Source: Eledone cirrhosa | Taxonomy: Eukaryota | Direction: 5' to 3' | NCBI GenBank assembly: GCA_964016885.1 | Contig: OZ024742.1 | Location: forward strand, 197,656,001-197,720,000 | DNA: 64,000 bases | Shown here: one piece after another, positions 40,198-53,249 of the stretch | Position numbering within the stretch: the first letter of the stretch is position 1 | Layout of the letters: every line of letters starts with the position of its first letter | Program-made: the position numbers and the translations under genes | Notes under the pieces: generated by a model | What the model saw: the letters and a program-made list of their open reading frames with translations, nothing else | What the model was told of the DNA's origin: nothing | Databases searched by the model: none

Positions 40198-41216
40198 TAA
40201 TAATGGACAAATGTTACCACCACCTATTCCCCATTCACCCCATTTAAGTAAAGGACTGTTGTTTTAAACTATCGATAAGGGTATTGAATTTAGATTTAAT
40301 ATTAAGGCTTATAACTCATGAATTAGCTTTCACGTCCTGTTATGTAACAGATACTAAATAAAACAATCTATTAGGAGTGCACACACATACAATATTTGGG
40401 CAGTTTTTCATTAATTACTCTCATATTTAATTGCCTCCACAAATTAAGGGCCACGATCCACTACAGAATGTACAAGGCCATAACTAAATGCTAGAAAGCA
40501 TTTTGTCTGACACTGTTACGACACTGCCACGGCACCACAATGACAACAATGATTTTTACTTTAGGCACAAGGCCAGTGGTTTGGAGGAGGGGAAAATTGA
40601 TTAAACAAACCCCAGTATTTGACTGGTACTTTATTTTATCAACTCCGAAAGGATGACAGACGAAATTGATCTGGGTAAGATTTGACCTGAGAATGTTAAG
40701 TGTTTGAACAAAAACTGCTACAAACTTGTATGACACACTGATGACTCTGCCATAACAACAACAATGATAATAATAACAATAATAATAATAACATGAGGAA
40801 GTTGAATTAATTATCAAAGAGATGAAACTGAAGAAAATATGATAATGTAGAAATAAAACAGTTGACATGGCAACAGTAAATTAAATAAAATTTTTAAAAG
40901 AATAAAAAAAAATCAAAGAAGTAAACAGTCATTTTAGAATATTGGAAAGAAATATGAATGAATTAACGTAAATTTAAATATAAAATAACACTAATTTGAG
41001 ACAGATAGGAGCAATAGGGTCAGTGCTGAAACTTAAACCAGGAGTCTATCACACAATAGGTGATCTCATCACTATTTATACTTCATGGGTTTGAGTCGTT
41101 CTATTTCCTCCGATTTTTAATTACTGTATTTGATGGCTTTATAAGATGCAACTCAATTTGGGCAAGCATTTAAAAAGATATATAACTTTCCATGTGCAAA
41201 CCCATATATACCTTAA

Positions 41217-41422
41217 CCCTTTAGCATTTACATTACTCTATATTTATTATTGTATTTTTGTGGTAAGGGCTTTATCTCACAATATTGAATCTAAGAGATT
41301 TTGATATTAATCATTTTGAGAACAATACCTTAACATCAGTATGAGTGGTTAGTTACGACCGGTTTGAATAGAAAGAGGTGAGGCAATTCTGGCCGGATAC
41401 GGCAGGTTTAAATGCTAAAGTG
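41217..41422. mobile_element. piggyBac-like MITE, opposite orientation
   Basis: ttaa|ccctttagcattta ... taaatgctaaag, the reverse complement of 12522-12724. Confidence 0.65.
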
Positions 41423-43199
41423 TCGTCTTATAAGCCATCAAATATGGTAATTAATTAATTTATTTTTGCTGTTTAATAAGGCTGCAAATTAATAGTCATT
41501 AGAGAAATGGATTAAATAAAATGCATCTGTATTTATTCAGGTCCACTGTACTCAGAGTTCAAATCTTGCTATGGTCAACTTTGCCTTTCATACATTCAGG
41601 ATTGATAAATAAAGTACCAGTCCAAATGGATTGACAAAGTTGTTAAAAAAACTCAAACAGGATGCTTTGTGATATCTGATGCAGCTCTGTGCATTCTGAG
41701 TTCAAATCGCACCTCCAGCAGATAGTATCAGCAATGTAAAGACCATTAGAAGCTTAGTTCCCTTGGTCTGATCTGATCATCAGCTTCTTTCCCTTTCTTT
41801 AGATGAGAAAGGAAGCAGGGTGACCATGACCCTTTACAGGGCCTCAGAAATTTGGGTGAAGGAGGGAGGAAGACATGTTCACAATAAACACCTGGCCTGA
41901 ATGCTTTTAACAAAGTGGACTCTACTAAGGCAGCCAAGGGCCAGATGTGTTAAACTGGTCAACAGATAAAGCAGAATCTGAACTCAGATATTAAACTGGG
42001 TAACATTAAATCTACTCCCTAAAAAGACCACAGCAGAATTTGAACCAAAACAAATATTCCAAGTCATTTTGGTCAACACTAACAATACTGCCAATCCCCT
42101 GAGCAATAGACTGGTACTTTATTAACCCTGACAAGATTTCAACTCAAAGCACAGTGAGCCAAAACAAACACTGCAAGACATTTTGTCCTACTCTATGACA
42201 ATTTTTCCAAATTCACTGTTAAATACTAACTTAGTCTACAGGGCTGTTTCAAATGTTGTAACTGCTCACTGCTACACAAGTTTAGCTGGTCTCCTAAGAG
42301 GTTTTATATCATAGAAGTTTCTTGGCTGTTTTAATGAAGGCCCTCAGATCTATTATTAAAAGCAATGTGAAATGAAGGGTCTTGCTCAAGAACATAACAT
42401 GTTGCCCAAGAAACAAATCCATCACCGCTAGGCCATGCACTTTCACTTTGTTTCAAATCTACAACTAATCTAACCAAATTTGAGAAAAACCCCACAATGG
42501 TGGGTAATCTGTAATATGAGTAATAATAGTGAAGGCATGTGGCTTAGTGATTAGAGTGTTCAGCTCATGAATGTATGGTCATGAGTTCAATTCTCAAACT
42601 GGGTGGTGCATTGCATCCTTGAACAAGACACTTTACTTCATGTTGCTCCAGTCCATTTAGCCGGAGAAAAAATGCGTATAATGACACTTCTGCAACACAG
42701 TATTGCCCTTTGCCTTTTCCTTGAATTCAGAGAACAGAGAGCTGAAACAAATAATATCTTTTTTCAATAAGAAACATTGTTCAAATTCTGACAGCCTGTT
42801 GCTGTTTTCTGTCTCAAACTGACTGATGTTATAATGAATGTGGATGGGAGGAAGAAAAAGAAGAGGTATTTAGATTACATCTTAAATATTTGAAATGAAA
42901 AATAAATTTCAAGGAAAAAAAAGTATTACAATAAAGTAAAGAAATTAATGAAGAATTTGTGAATGAAAAACGAACCATCATGCATTCAGTTATTGTTAGA
43001 GAAAATAAAGTAACAGAGAAAACATGAAAGACCATTCCAATTGCACAACAAACCAGTGATGGTATGGTGATTATGTTTTATTTGGCAATGTTTTGAGAGG
43101 TCAGAGGTCGGTAAGTTTGACAAGGACTAACAGACAATAAATGTATAGTGATTATGATTTGAAAGTGGAGATATAGAGAAAAGATAGTACTCACACAAC

Positions 43200-43880
43200 C
43201 ATCATCATTTAACATCTATTTTCAACATTAGCATGGGTTGGACGAGTTGTCCCATAGTGAAACAAGTAAGATCAGGTGACTGTATCTTGCTCATACAAAA
43301 CTGTTTCTAGCTTAGTTTCTATGACTGGATGCCCTTCCTAATGCCAACCACATTTACATTGTGGACTGAGTACTTTTTATCATGGCACTAAAATGACCAA
43401 CTGATAGGTTGGACTGGGTACATTTTCATTGTGTCACTAGCATTACCACCTTATAGGGTAGACTGGGTGCTATTTTATCTTGTCATCAGCTTGACCACCT
43501 TACATGGTGGACTAAGAGCCTTTTGCCATTGCAGCAGCATTTTGGGAGAGCATGTCCAGCTTTCCATGCCTGTATGCATGGGTTGGACAGGTGAGGTGTA
43601 TCGGGTGTGGAAAGTGGAGGGAGGGTGTGGTGTGTCCTTGTAGGATGGGATTGGAGCAGTAGGTCTAAGGTACTTGGCTGAAGGAGCTAGGGAGCAGTGT
43701 TAATACATGGGAGGTGAATGAAGATTTGGTATATACTCATGTCTTCCAGATGTTTGCTTCAGTCTGATCACATGGGAAGGCATGTCTTCTGCAGTACTGC
43801 ATATCGCCAGAGATCTCAATCCTGTGTAACTGCCCTCGAGAGGTTTAATTGTGCAAGTTCAGCTTTTATCACTTCACCAA
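43200..43880 (-). mobile_element. Old degenerate RTE LINE 3' end
   Basis: Reverse-complement tail (atcatcatttaacatct...), 48-bp-type units and C-terminal remnants. Confidence 0.7.
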
Positions 43881-43959
43881 TAAAGAGATTTATTCATATT
43901 CATACAACATGACCATGATGTTTCAGCAAATCATGTATTCACTAAGCAGCACCAGAGAT

Positions 43960-44930
43960 AATTATTTCTAGATATTGGCATAGGGCCAAATATTTGGAGG
44001 AAGGGTAAAGTCAATTATATCAACCCACTACTTAACTGGTACTTTATTTCATTGGCCCCGGAAGGATTTGAACTCAGAAGGTAAAAAGTCATAACTAAAC
44101 ACTGCAAAGTATGATGCTCTACCGATTCTGCCAATGCATAACCTTGAATCAGTCATTTCTTATCTAGGCAGTACAGGGTCTGAAATTCATGGGGAGGAGA
44201 AAATTGATTATATCAACCCCAGTACTTAACTGGTACTGACACTGGAAAGATTTCAATAATGATAATTTTTTTCTGATTTAGACGCAAGGCCAGCAATTTT
44301 AGGAGAGGGGAATGTTGAATAAATTGACCCCAGTGTGATACTGGTGCTTTACTTTATCGACCCCAAAATGATGAAAGGCAAAACTAACCTTGGTGGAATT
44401 TGAACTCAGAACATAAAGGGCCATAACTAAATGCTGCATGTTGTCCGACACTCTACTGACTCTGCCAATCCACCACCATATGTAATTTTTATTTTAAGCA
44501 CAAGGTCAGCAATTTTTTTTTGGGGGGGGGGGGGGGGGGGGTAAATTGATTAACCCTTTAGATTTTAAACCAGCCATATCTGGCCAGAATTCTCTCATCC
44601 CTTTCTGTTCAAACCGGCCATAACCAGCTGCTCATACTGATGTTAAGGTATTGTTCTCAAAATAAATAATATCAAAATCTTGTAGATTAGATATTATATG
44701 AAATAATTATGTAAAAAAGAGTTTACCATGAAAATATAATAGTAAATATAGAGTAATGTAAATGTTAAAGGGTTAAATTAATCCTAGTACTTGGCTGATA
44801 CTTTATTTTACTGATTTCAGAAGGATGAAAGACAAAGTTGATCTCTGCAGGATTTGAACTCAGAATATAAAGAGCCGGAACAGATACCACAAAGCCTTTT
44901 GTCTGGTACATTAACAATTCTGCCAATCAA
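43960..44930 (-). mobile_element. Tandem cluster of SINE family 1 copies (one interrupted by the TTAA MITE)
   Basis: Several ggatttgaactcagaa B-box and ctggtactttattt segments. Confidence 0.7.
44554..44772. mobile_element. piggyBac-like MITE inserted into a SINE
   Basis: TTAA at 44550-44553 and 44773-44776. SINE sequence continues on both sides. Confidence 0.8.
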
Positions 44931-46496
44931 CTGGATAACAGTAATAGAACCAGTTCAATTAAAACATTATTTTAAAAGTAAATGCTCAGGGTGATTATGA
45001 AATTGTGAAAATTAAGTAGCACAACTACATATTACAAATGGTGGAGAGGAGGAAGGCAGGAGAAGAAGTATGGTGTGTGTTAGTGTTTGTGTGTATATGT
45101 GTGTGCATGCACATTTGTGAATGGTGGATCTAGATGAAAGTGTATATAAGTGTGATAAGTGAATGGTTAAAACCACTCACTTGTATTACAGACTGAACAT
45201 CCATCATCATCATCATCATCACTTTAATGTCCATTTTTCCTTGCTAGCATGGGTTAGACAAGTTGTCCAGAAGTGGGCCAAGCCAGATCAGATGACTGTG
45301 CCTTGCTCACACTGGACTGATTTTGGGTTGGTTTCTACAGCTGGTTTCTGTGTCATTGAGCATATAACTTTATTTCACATTGCTCCAGTCTACTCAGCTG
45401 GCAAACATAAGTTGTACATGAAATTCAAAAGGCCAGCCTTTGTCACACCCTGTATTACATTGAATCTCCCTTAAGGGTATATATACTTGTGGAATGCTCA
45501 GTCACTTGCCTGTTAATTTCATGAACAGCCTGTCCCATTGATAAAACAACTGGGACACGTGTCATTAGAACCAATGGAGTGTGTGTGTGTGTGTAGGTGC
45601 ACGCATGTTGGCTGAATTTGACCAATAAGGCATTGGTCAACCTGAGGCTATAGTAGAAGACACTTTAGGTGTTGATTGTTCAACATGCCATGTGCCATAA
45701 TGGTGCCCTTGTGACTCCATGAGTGAAAAGTTGAGGGCTCAAAGAAAGAAGTATTAAGGATATCTAGTTGTAAAACACCTTTCAATTCAACAATATGCAA
45801 ATATTCAGACACACAGATAGAAACAGACACACACACACAGACGCAAACACACACGTTTGGTTACATTATTCCAATACTGTTGCTAATTAACACTTTCACA
45901 TCCAGAGACAAACAGGCACATCATATATATATACACACACATACATTTACAAATGTACCGGCACTCACACGCACACGTATATAAACACACAGACATGTAC
46001 ACATGCACATATACATGCAGATACCAACACACAGACATACAGATACACATACACAAAACTGAAGCAAAATGACATTATGAAATCATAAATGTATAGTAAT
46101 TATTAGAACAACTATTTAGCTAATTAATGACATACCATGTTTGTTATGTACAAACACATATATATATATATATATACACATATATACACATACACACGCA
46201 CACACATATATATATACATACACACACAGTAAGTAAGATAAAATATGCTAGAACAGCTAAAATGAAGAAAATGAAAAAGACAGAAAGAAAGAAGAGGGAG
46301 AAAGAGAGAGATTGAGGCAAATAGCCAGAGATGAACAAACATTTAATTACACACACATACAAAGATATCATTATCACCAATTAATGTCCCTGTACCACGC
46401 TAGCATATTTACATAAATATATATATAAACAGACACTTTTGAAATATAATTGCTAGGAAAGAAATTATACATATATATATATATTATATATATAGA

Positions 46497-46687
46497 GTTC
46501 CCAGTTCCACACTGTAAATGTGGTTGGTGTTAGGAAGGGCATCCAGCCGTAGAAAACCTGCCAGATAGTCCTATATGAGTGGGACACGGTCACCCTACCA
46601 ACCTTGCCTCAAGTGGGACAATTCCCGTCTAACACATGCTAGCATGGAAAATGGACGTTAAACGATGATGATGATGATGATGATGAT
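46497..46687 (+). mobile_element. RTE LINE 3'UTR fragment (family B)
   Basis: Reverse complement of 8707-8885 with a long (GAT)n tail. Confidence 0.85.
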
Positions 46688-46944
46688 AGAGAGAGATATG
46701 CATACACATTCATATATAAACTTATACATACGCACTCACACACACATATATATATATAATATACCACACCCACCAAACTTTACAGCAGATATGCCAATGA
46801 TTGCATCAGCATCACCTCCCTCATCCACACCCAACTCACCACCATTCTCTACTATGTCAACACTTTCCATCCAGCTCTTAACTTCATTTCCACCATCTCC
46901 TCTTCCTCAGTTAATTTTCGTTATACATCTGTGGGATGAGAGAC

Positions 46945-47420
46945 CGGCCACAGGTTAGTTAGTAGATCCGACTGACCACAGGTTAGCAGATCTGACTGAC
47001 CACAGGTTAGCAGATCAGACTGACCACAGGTTAGCAGATCAGACTGACCACAGGTTAGCAGATCAGACTGACCACAGGTTAGCAGATCAGACTGACCACA
47101 GGTTAGCAGATCAGACTGACCACAGGTTAGCAAATCTGACTGACCACAGGTTAGCAGATCAGACTGACCACAGGTTAGCAGATCAGACTGACCACAGGTT
47201 AGCAGATCAGACTGACCACAGGTTAGCAGATCAGACTGACCACAGGTTAGCAGATCAGACTGACCACAGGTTAGCAGATCAGACTGACCACAGGTTAGCA
47301 GATCAGACTGACCACAGGTTAGCAGATCAAACTAACCACAGGTTAGCAGATCAAACTAACCACAGGTTAGCAGATCAAACTGACCACAGGTTAGATCAGA
47401 CTAACCACAGTTAGCAGATA
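46945..47420. repeat. 24-bp minisatellite (~19 copies)
   Basis: Unit gaccacaggttagcagatcagact. It explains the 8-aa periodic ORF 46921-47133. Confidence 0.95.
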
Positions 47421-48446
47421 ATTTCACATTTACAAGGAATTTGTTTAAATAACACCACATCAACTGTATTTCCCACCATTCAATCTGTGATGTCCTTTTA
47501 CACAATGGCTTTCCTGCTTCTCAACATCACAAAGAAAAATGTCTCATTTTCCTCCTTGGTTGCTCTGTTCCCTTTGTTTGGTACAGTTTAGTGTTGTTTA
47601 CCAAACTGCACCTTAACACCATTTCATTTTGCACCCTATCATCCTTTCATTCTACACTCTACTAATACACAACTATTAATGAATAGTTCTGCAGTTTTCA
47701 TACTTAAATTGATTAAATGAGTTGCCATTATGTGCTTTTCCATGGTGCCTGCCTTGTTATGCAACAGTAATCTTGGTAGATGTCTTTATCAGAATCACAC
47801 GCACAGTCATAGAGTAAAAACCAAACTTGCTATCTTCAATTTGGTGTTTGAGCTAATGGTCATGAATTTTGGGTAATGACTCAAAGAATATGACCGCGAA
47901 TACAAGAGGCTGAAAGGGGGTTCTTCGAAGGTCTTTGGAGTAACATTACTCGATAGAGTGCATTGCTCGGATATCAGAAAGTCACACAAGGTAGAGCAGC
48001 TACTTCGATTCTGCCTGATTTTACAAGAAAAACCAGCTGGCAGAAGACCTAGGTGTAGATCCCAAGCAAGCTGGTTGGATAACATCGATGACCTTGGCTG
48101 GCCTTGCGTGGGGATCCAGCTGGATCAGTTGCTTCTGAGAGGATTTGCTGGAAGGAGCGTTTGAAGAATCTGCCCCCGTGACACTCTTAGGAATAAGTGG
48201 GCAAAGAAGATGTCTTCACCAGACAGCATATTACAGGTAAACAAAAGCGTTATATAAAATTAATGATATGATGAACCAAATGACATAGGAAGTTCAATGT
48301 TGCATGTTACACAAGAACTGGCAGGCACCACAGAAATGCACATAACAGCAGCTTATTCAATAAATTGAAATATGGAAATATAGAACCTCGTCTTCATATT
48401 CATTAATGTATGCGTGTGTAAGTACGTATGTATATATATATATATA

Positions 48447-48630
48447 TATTTAATTAGAAAGTGAACAACACAAAATATAACTACTCCATTACCAAAGGTA
48501 TCTGGACGACCGATCCAGACGTATATTATTATTGTCTGGGATCCAGAAACCTTTGGTAATGGAGTATTTCTATTTTGTGTTATTCACTTTCTAATTAAAT
48601 AGCTCTGTTCTATACATAGAGCACTCTTTT
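48447..48630. repeat. Palindromic element (arms 48447-48505 / ~48541-48601) with one-sided extension, in (TA)n
   Basis: atttaattagaaagtgaa..ctccattaccaaaggt vs acctttggtaatggag..ttcactttctaattaaat. Contains GAAACctttgGTA. Confidence 0.75.
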
Positions 48631-48794
48631 TTTCCTTTGCTTTTTCCTTCGGAATTACCTAACATATATATATATATTTTCAATATGTCATATATATATC
48701 ATCATATATATATGTGCATACATACACACACAATCTGTAGCACATTAATCTTAATCAACGTAACTGTTTGTTTTATGTTTTTTCCAATGATTAC

Positions 48795-48856
48795 TTAGTT
48801 TAGATTTGGAGAGGGGCGATCTTGATTGAAGTGCTGGTGGTGATGGTAATGGAGGA
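48795..48856 (-). other. Candidate 62-nt stop-containing alternative exon: (V)LHYHHHQHFNQDRPSPNLN*
   Basis: A long T-rich tract precedes ctaaAG|. It is open in phase 1 up to a TAA in the last 3 nt, followed directly by GTaatc. The AAG acceptor is weak. Confidence 0.25.
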
Positions 48857-49492
48857 CTTTAGTAAAATAAACGAAAATTGAAATAAATAAAACAAAACAA
48901 AGAATAATTAAAATAACAATAACATCAGCAAAATAAAAAATTTCCAAAAGAATGGGGAAAAAACAAACAAACAAAAAAAAAACAGATTACAGCAGTGATT
49001 CTCAAACGGAAGGCACTGGGCTCTCTGGGAAGAATTTTAAATCCAGTGGGAGGAGTTCAAACTAGGAAAATATAGAGTATATTCATTATCATTATTTAAC
49101 ATCTGTTTTCCCTCCCTGTTGAAAAGGTCTGGGTGGGTCACCAGAGACAACATTAGTGCATATTTTGAGCCACTGATCTCAAAGATGGACCATGGACCAA
49201 CTTACATATGTTCCCACACTTAAAGTGATACGGGACTGTGGTGGTTGTCATGCCCTCTTGACCATGTTTGGCATATTTTTTTTTACAACTGTATACCCTG
49301 TCTTCCATCAAGCACTTTACTGAGCATTTTATCATGTCACCAACACTAGAGTGGTTGTTATGCCTTTGAGACAATTACTGAGATTTCTAAGGCTCACTCA
49401 TGTAAATATAGAGCTTGGATAAAAAATTATTTGAAACAATAAAATGGAGAAGAATTGGGGGAACTGGTATTGCAATATACTCAACTATAGTG

Positions 49493-50560
49493 TATCATCA
49501 TCATCATCATCATCATTGCTTAACGTCCGTGTTCCATGCTTGCATGGGTTTGGACGGGAGTTTTCCCACTTGAGGCAAGAGTGGTTGTCTTGCTTGCATA
49601 GGACTGTCTGGCGGGTTTTCTACAGTTGGATGCCCTTCCTAACACCAACCACATTTACAGTGTGGGGCTGGGAGGTTTTTACCGTGTTGCCTACACGGCC
49701 ACATTACAGCGTGGACTGTCTGGCAGGTTTTCTACAGCTGGATGCCCTTCCTAACACCAACCACATTTACAGTGTGGGACTGGGACGTTTTTACCGTGTT
49801 GCCTACACGGTCACATTACAGCGTGGACTGTGTTTTTTTTTTGTCGTGACACCTACACGATCTCATTTGTTTCGGCCTGGATTTTGTGGCACCAACATAA
49901 CTTTACATTGAAAGGGGCGGTGTGGATGGGGTGGGGGTGGTGGGACGGGGGTGTATTTTGTTAGAGATGCCTACTGACTGTAGTAGGTTTTACTTTGTAT
50001 TTAGGTAACGCGGGTCTTCTCTATTACTGAGTACCGCCAAAGCTCTCGGTCCAGTGACATTGTCTTGGAGAGTTGTAAGTGTGTGAGGTCGGAATTTATC
50101 AGCTCGTCCCAGGTTTTTCTGGGTCTGCCTACTCCGTGGCTACCGTCTATCTTTATTGCCCTGCACTTTGTTATACAGCTGTCGTCTTTCATGCGCATCA
50201 CGTGACCATACCAACGTAGCCTTCTCTCGAGTAAACAACATCTGATCCCTCTTATTTCTAATTTTTTCCTTAGTTCGTTTATGCTTTGCCGTTCGCGTAT
50301 ATTACTATTACACATCCAGCGGAGCATGCAAGCTTCGTTCCTCTCTAGTCTGCGTATATCCTCTGCACACAATGCCCAGGTCTCACTGCCATGCAACATT
50401 GCTGTTCGTATGCAGGCATCATACAACCTGCCTTTCACTTTTAGGGAGAACCCTTTAGCGGCTAATAGTGGTATAAGCTCTCTGAACTTTTTCCATCCAG
50501 TTCTGACTCTAGCTACTGTACTTTCGGAGCACCCTCCCCCACTGCTGATTTTGTCACCCA
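49493..50560 (-). mobile_element. 5'-truncated RTE LINE (family B), ~1.07 kb, candidate 7-bp TSD AGTGTAT
   Basis: ORF 50001-50438 is the RTE C-terminus (RRLRWYGHV, GRPRKTW). agtgtat occurs at 49489-49495 and 50560-50566. There is a ~111-bp tandem duplication in the 3'UTR. Confidence 0.92.
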
Positions 50561-51972
50561 GTGTATATGTTGTGTATATAACAAATGCAATGGCAATAAA
50601 CCCAACTCTAGTGCAGTTTACAAAAATATCTTAATTTGCTTTAATAAATTGTTTTAATAATTCATACGGTAAAATTATAATGAAAAGATTACTAGATGTC
50701 AATTCAAAATGGAGGGAAAGTTGAGGAAACCTGGGATTGTAAAGGGAGGAATGTGACCTGGATCTCTGAGAACCACTGGGTTAAAAATAAAATTTGTCTA
50801 GTTTCTGAGGAAAAGTAACACACACTAGCTACTACTTTTAAAGTTATGTGAAAATATATAAGATCAGATGAAAAATAATACCGGAAAACGAACATCATCA
50901 TCATCATCTAAAGCAATAACAATAAACATCCTACATCTAAAAAAAAATGATGCAAATTGTGATTCAAGTCTATATACATATATATATATATAATTTTTTT
51001 ATTTTCATAAAAGGAAAATAATTCTATGCAAGATGCAGTGTTTAACTTTGTTATAATTATGTAAGTTGCTATGTTAAGTTATGTTCCAAACACCAGCTTA
51101 ATAATGAGAAAGTTAGTTATATTACTAAATCCCCCTAAGTCTTGGTTATTTTCAAAATAATTTGAAAAATCATAGAGTATTTTATGAAAGATATGGTAGT
51201 AAAAGTTTAAAAGGTTTATATTTATCGAAAAACCTATCATAATTTTATGTAAGAACCTTTGTTAAGTTGTGTTCCAAACACCAACTTGATAATGAGAAAG
51301 ATAGTTATATTACTAAAGGAAAGGAGTATATCATCAAATAAGACCAAGGAAACAGGATTTGAACTCATAATGCAGAAAGCCGAATTAGATGTATCCCTTC
51401 CAACTCATTAACATTCCACCAACCCATCACCTCTGTATTGGCAGTTTATTTATCAATCCATAGACAAACTTGACCCTGGCAGGATTTGAACACAGAGCAA
51501 AGTGAGCTGGAACAAATACTGTAGCATTTATTTAATCAAACTCTCTGTCGACTCCCATTCATTAGGTGGCATATTACTAAATCCTTTCAAATTATTGATT
51601 ATTTTCAAAATTATTTGAGAATCATAGGCAGTGTCTTCTTTCATAAGAAATACAATAACAAAGAGGTTAAAATGTTTGTATTTATCTAAAAATCATAATT
51701 TTATGTAAGAACTTTTTTCAAGTTATGTTCCAAACACCAGCCCAATAAAGAAAAAAGTTAGTTATTTTATTAAATCCCCCCAAATTCCTGATTATTTTCA
51801 AAATTGTTTGAAATCTATAGACAGTCTTCTTTTATTAGAAATATGGAAATGATTGTATTTATCTAAAAATCTTTCATTATAATTTTACATAAGCAATTTT
51901 GTTCTTTCAAACTCCAGCTTAATCCTTCTAAATTCTTAATAATTTTCAAAATAATTTTAAAATCATACATAG

Positions 51973-51978
<6 letters not shown>

Positions 51979-52003
<25 letters not shown>

Positions 52004-52189
52004 TGTTTCTACTTTTGGCACAAGGCCAGCAATTACCCAGTGTATTACTGGTACTTTATTTTATCGACCCCATAAGGATGAAAGGCAAAGTTAACCTCGG
52101 CGGGATTTGAACTCAGAATGGCAAGGGCCGTAACTCTATGCGTCAAAGCATGGCGTCCGACCCTCTACCGATACTGCCAATCCACTGGC

Positions 52190-52190
<1 letters not shown>
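51979..52190 (-). mobile_element. SINE family 1 copy between (AAT)n runs
   Basis: Near-identical to 1729-1925 and 1-62. Confidence 0.85.
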
Positions 52191-52232
<42 letters not shown>

Positions 52233-52570
52233 TTATACTATGGGCACAAGAATAATGAAAATTATTGTAACAGTGCACAGATGCACTATATCTGAAATAT
52301 GGTGATGAAAGGTTTAATGAAGTAAAGTTATCTCATAGTTATCTTCCTTAGGCAACATCTAACAGGACCCCTAAAGGGTTTTGTATCCTGGCTTTAAGCT
52401 TTTGCATCTCACATAAAATTCATACAAAAAAATAAATATATATATATATACTGAGGCAAGGCAAAATGCAACACAACAGTGCAGTTTTAGGAGGTTTTTC
52501 TTGAAACAAATTCTCTTTTCTTTTTTCATGTGGTTTTATTAACAATCCAAAATATATTTTTCAAAATTAC

Positions 52571-52669
52571 CCGGGTTGGTGGCGATGGTATATTGTTGCT
52601 GTTGTTGTTGTTGTTGTTGTTCATCTTGGAGCAGATAATTCCAGTAGTAATCCCCGCCTGCTGTTCTAT
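52571..52669 (-). CDS. Candidate in-frame 99-nt cassette exon of CRTC: (D)RTAGGDYYWNYLLQDEQQQQQQQQQYTIATNP(G)
   Basis: gtgtctattAG|AT...CCG G|GTaatt. Length is 99 (symmetric phase 1-1) and it is open in the CRTC frame. It is non-TE sequence with a mixed CAA/CAG polyQ like the upstream exon. Confidence 0.55.
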
Positions 52670-53249
52670 CTAATAGACACATCAGTAAAAATGGTATTTT
52701 TCAGAACAGTTAAGTAAAGGAAATAATGACAACAGAAGACCAAATCTATGTAGTTAACAAAGGATGAGAGGGGGGAACAAATAAAGTTTTTTTTTAATTT
52801 CAAATAAAATAAAAAAATTTATAAATTACATTTTCAAAGATATATATATATAGATACAATTATGTGTGTGTATGTGTGTATACCATAAACATGATATTAG
52901 ATCACCTATGAAAGGTTTCGCAATTAAGAGCTTACATAATATGCAAGAATTAACCATGGTTTGTCTTCAGACCAATGTGTTTATAAATGGCCATTCATTG
53001 TAAAACTATTCGTAGCCACTAATATAATATCATGTGTATGATTGATAGATAAATATTAGCTCTACTACAGGATATAGAGCATTCTCTTTTCTTGAGTATC
53101 ATGCTACATACACACTCACACACACATGTGCGCATGTACACACACACACCTACACACAGCTTATTTCAAAACAATAAAAGGCAATTACTGGTATATGTCA
53201 CTTCAGGACTGTGTACAACAACTACATTATGATTAGATTATATATAGCA

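Noticed and set aside
44522-44541. PolyG runs (also ~24595, 54347, 57062, 58864) as G-quadruplex regulatory elements
   Set aside because: Most are expansions of G-tracts inside SINE or MITE bodies, and homopolymer lengths are unreliable.
32018-47420. Periodic ORFs and CRISPR-like appearance of the 48-, 45- and 24-bp arrays
   Set aside because: They are head-to-tail repeats with no unique spacers, in a eukaryotic context with no cas genes. The ORFs arise because the unit lengths are multiples of 3.
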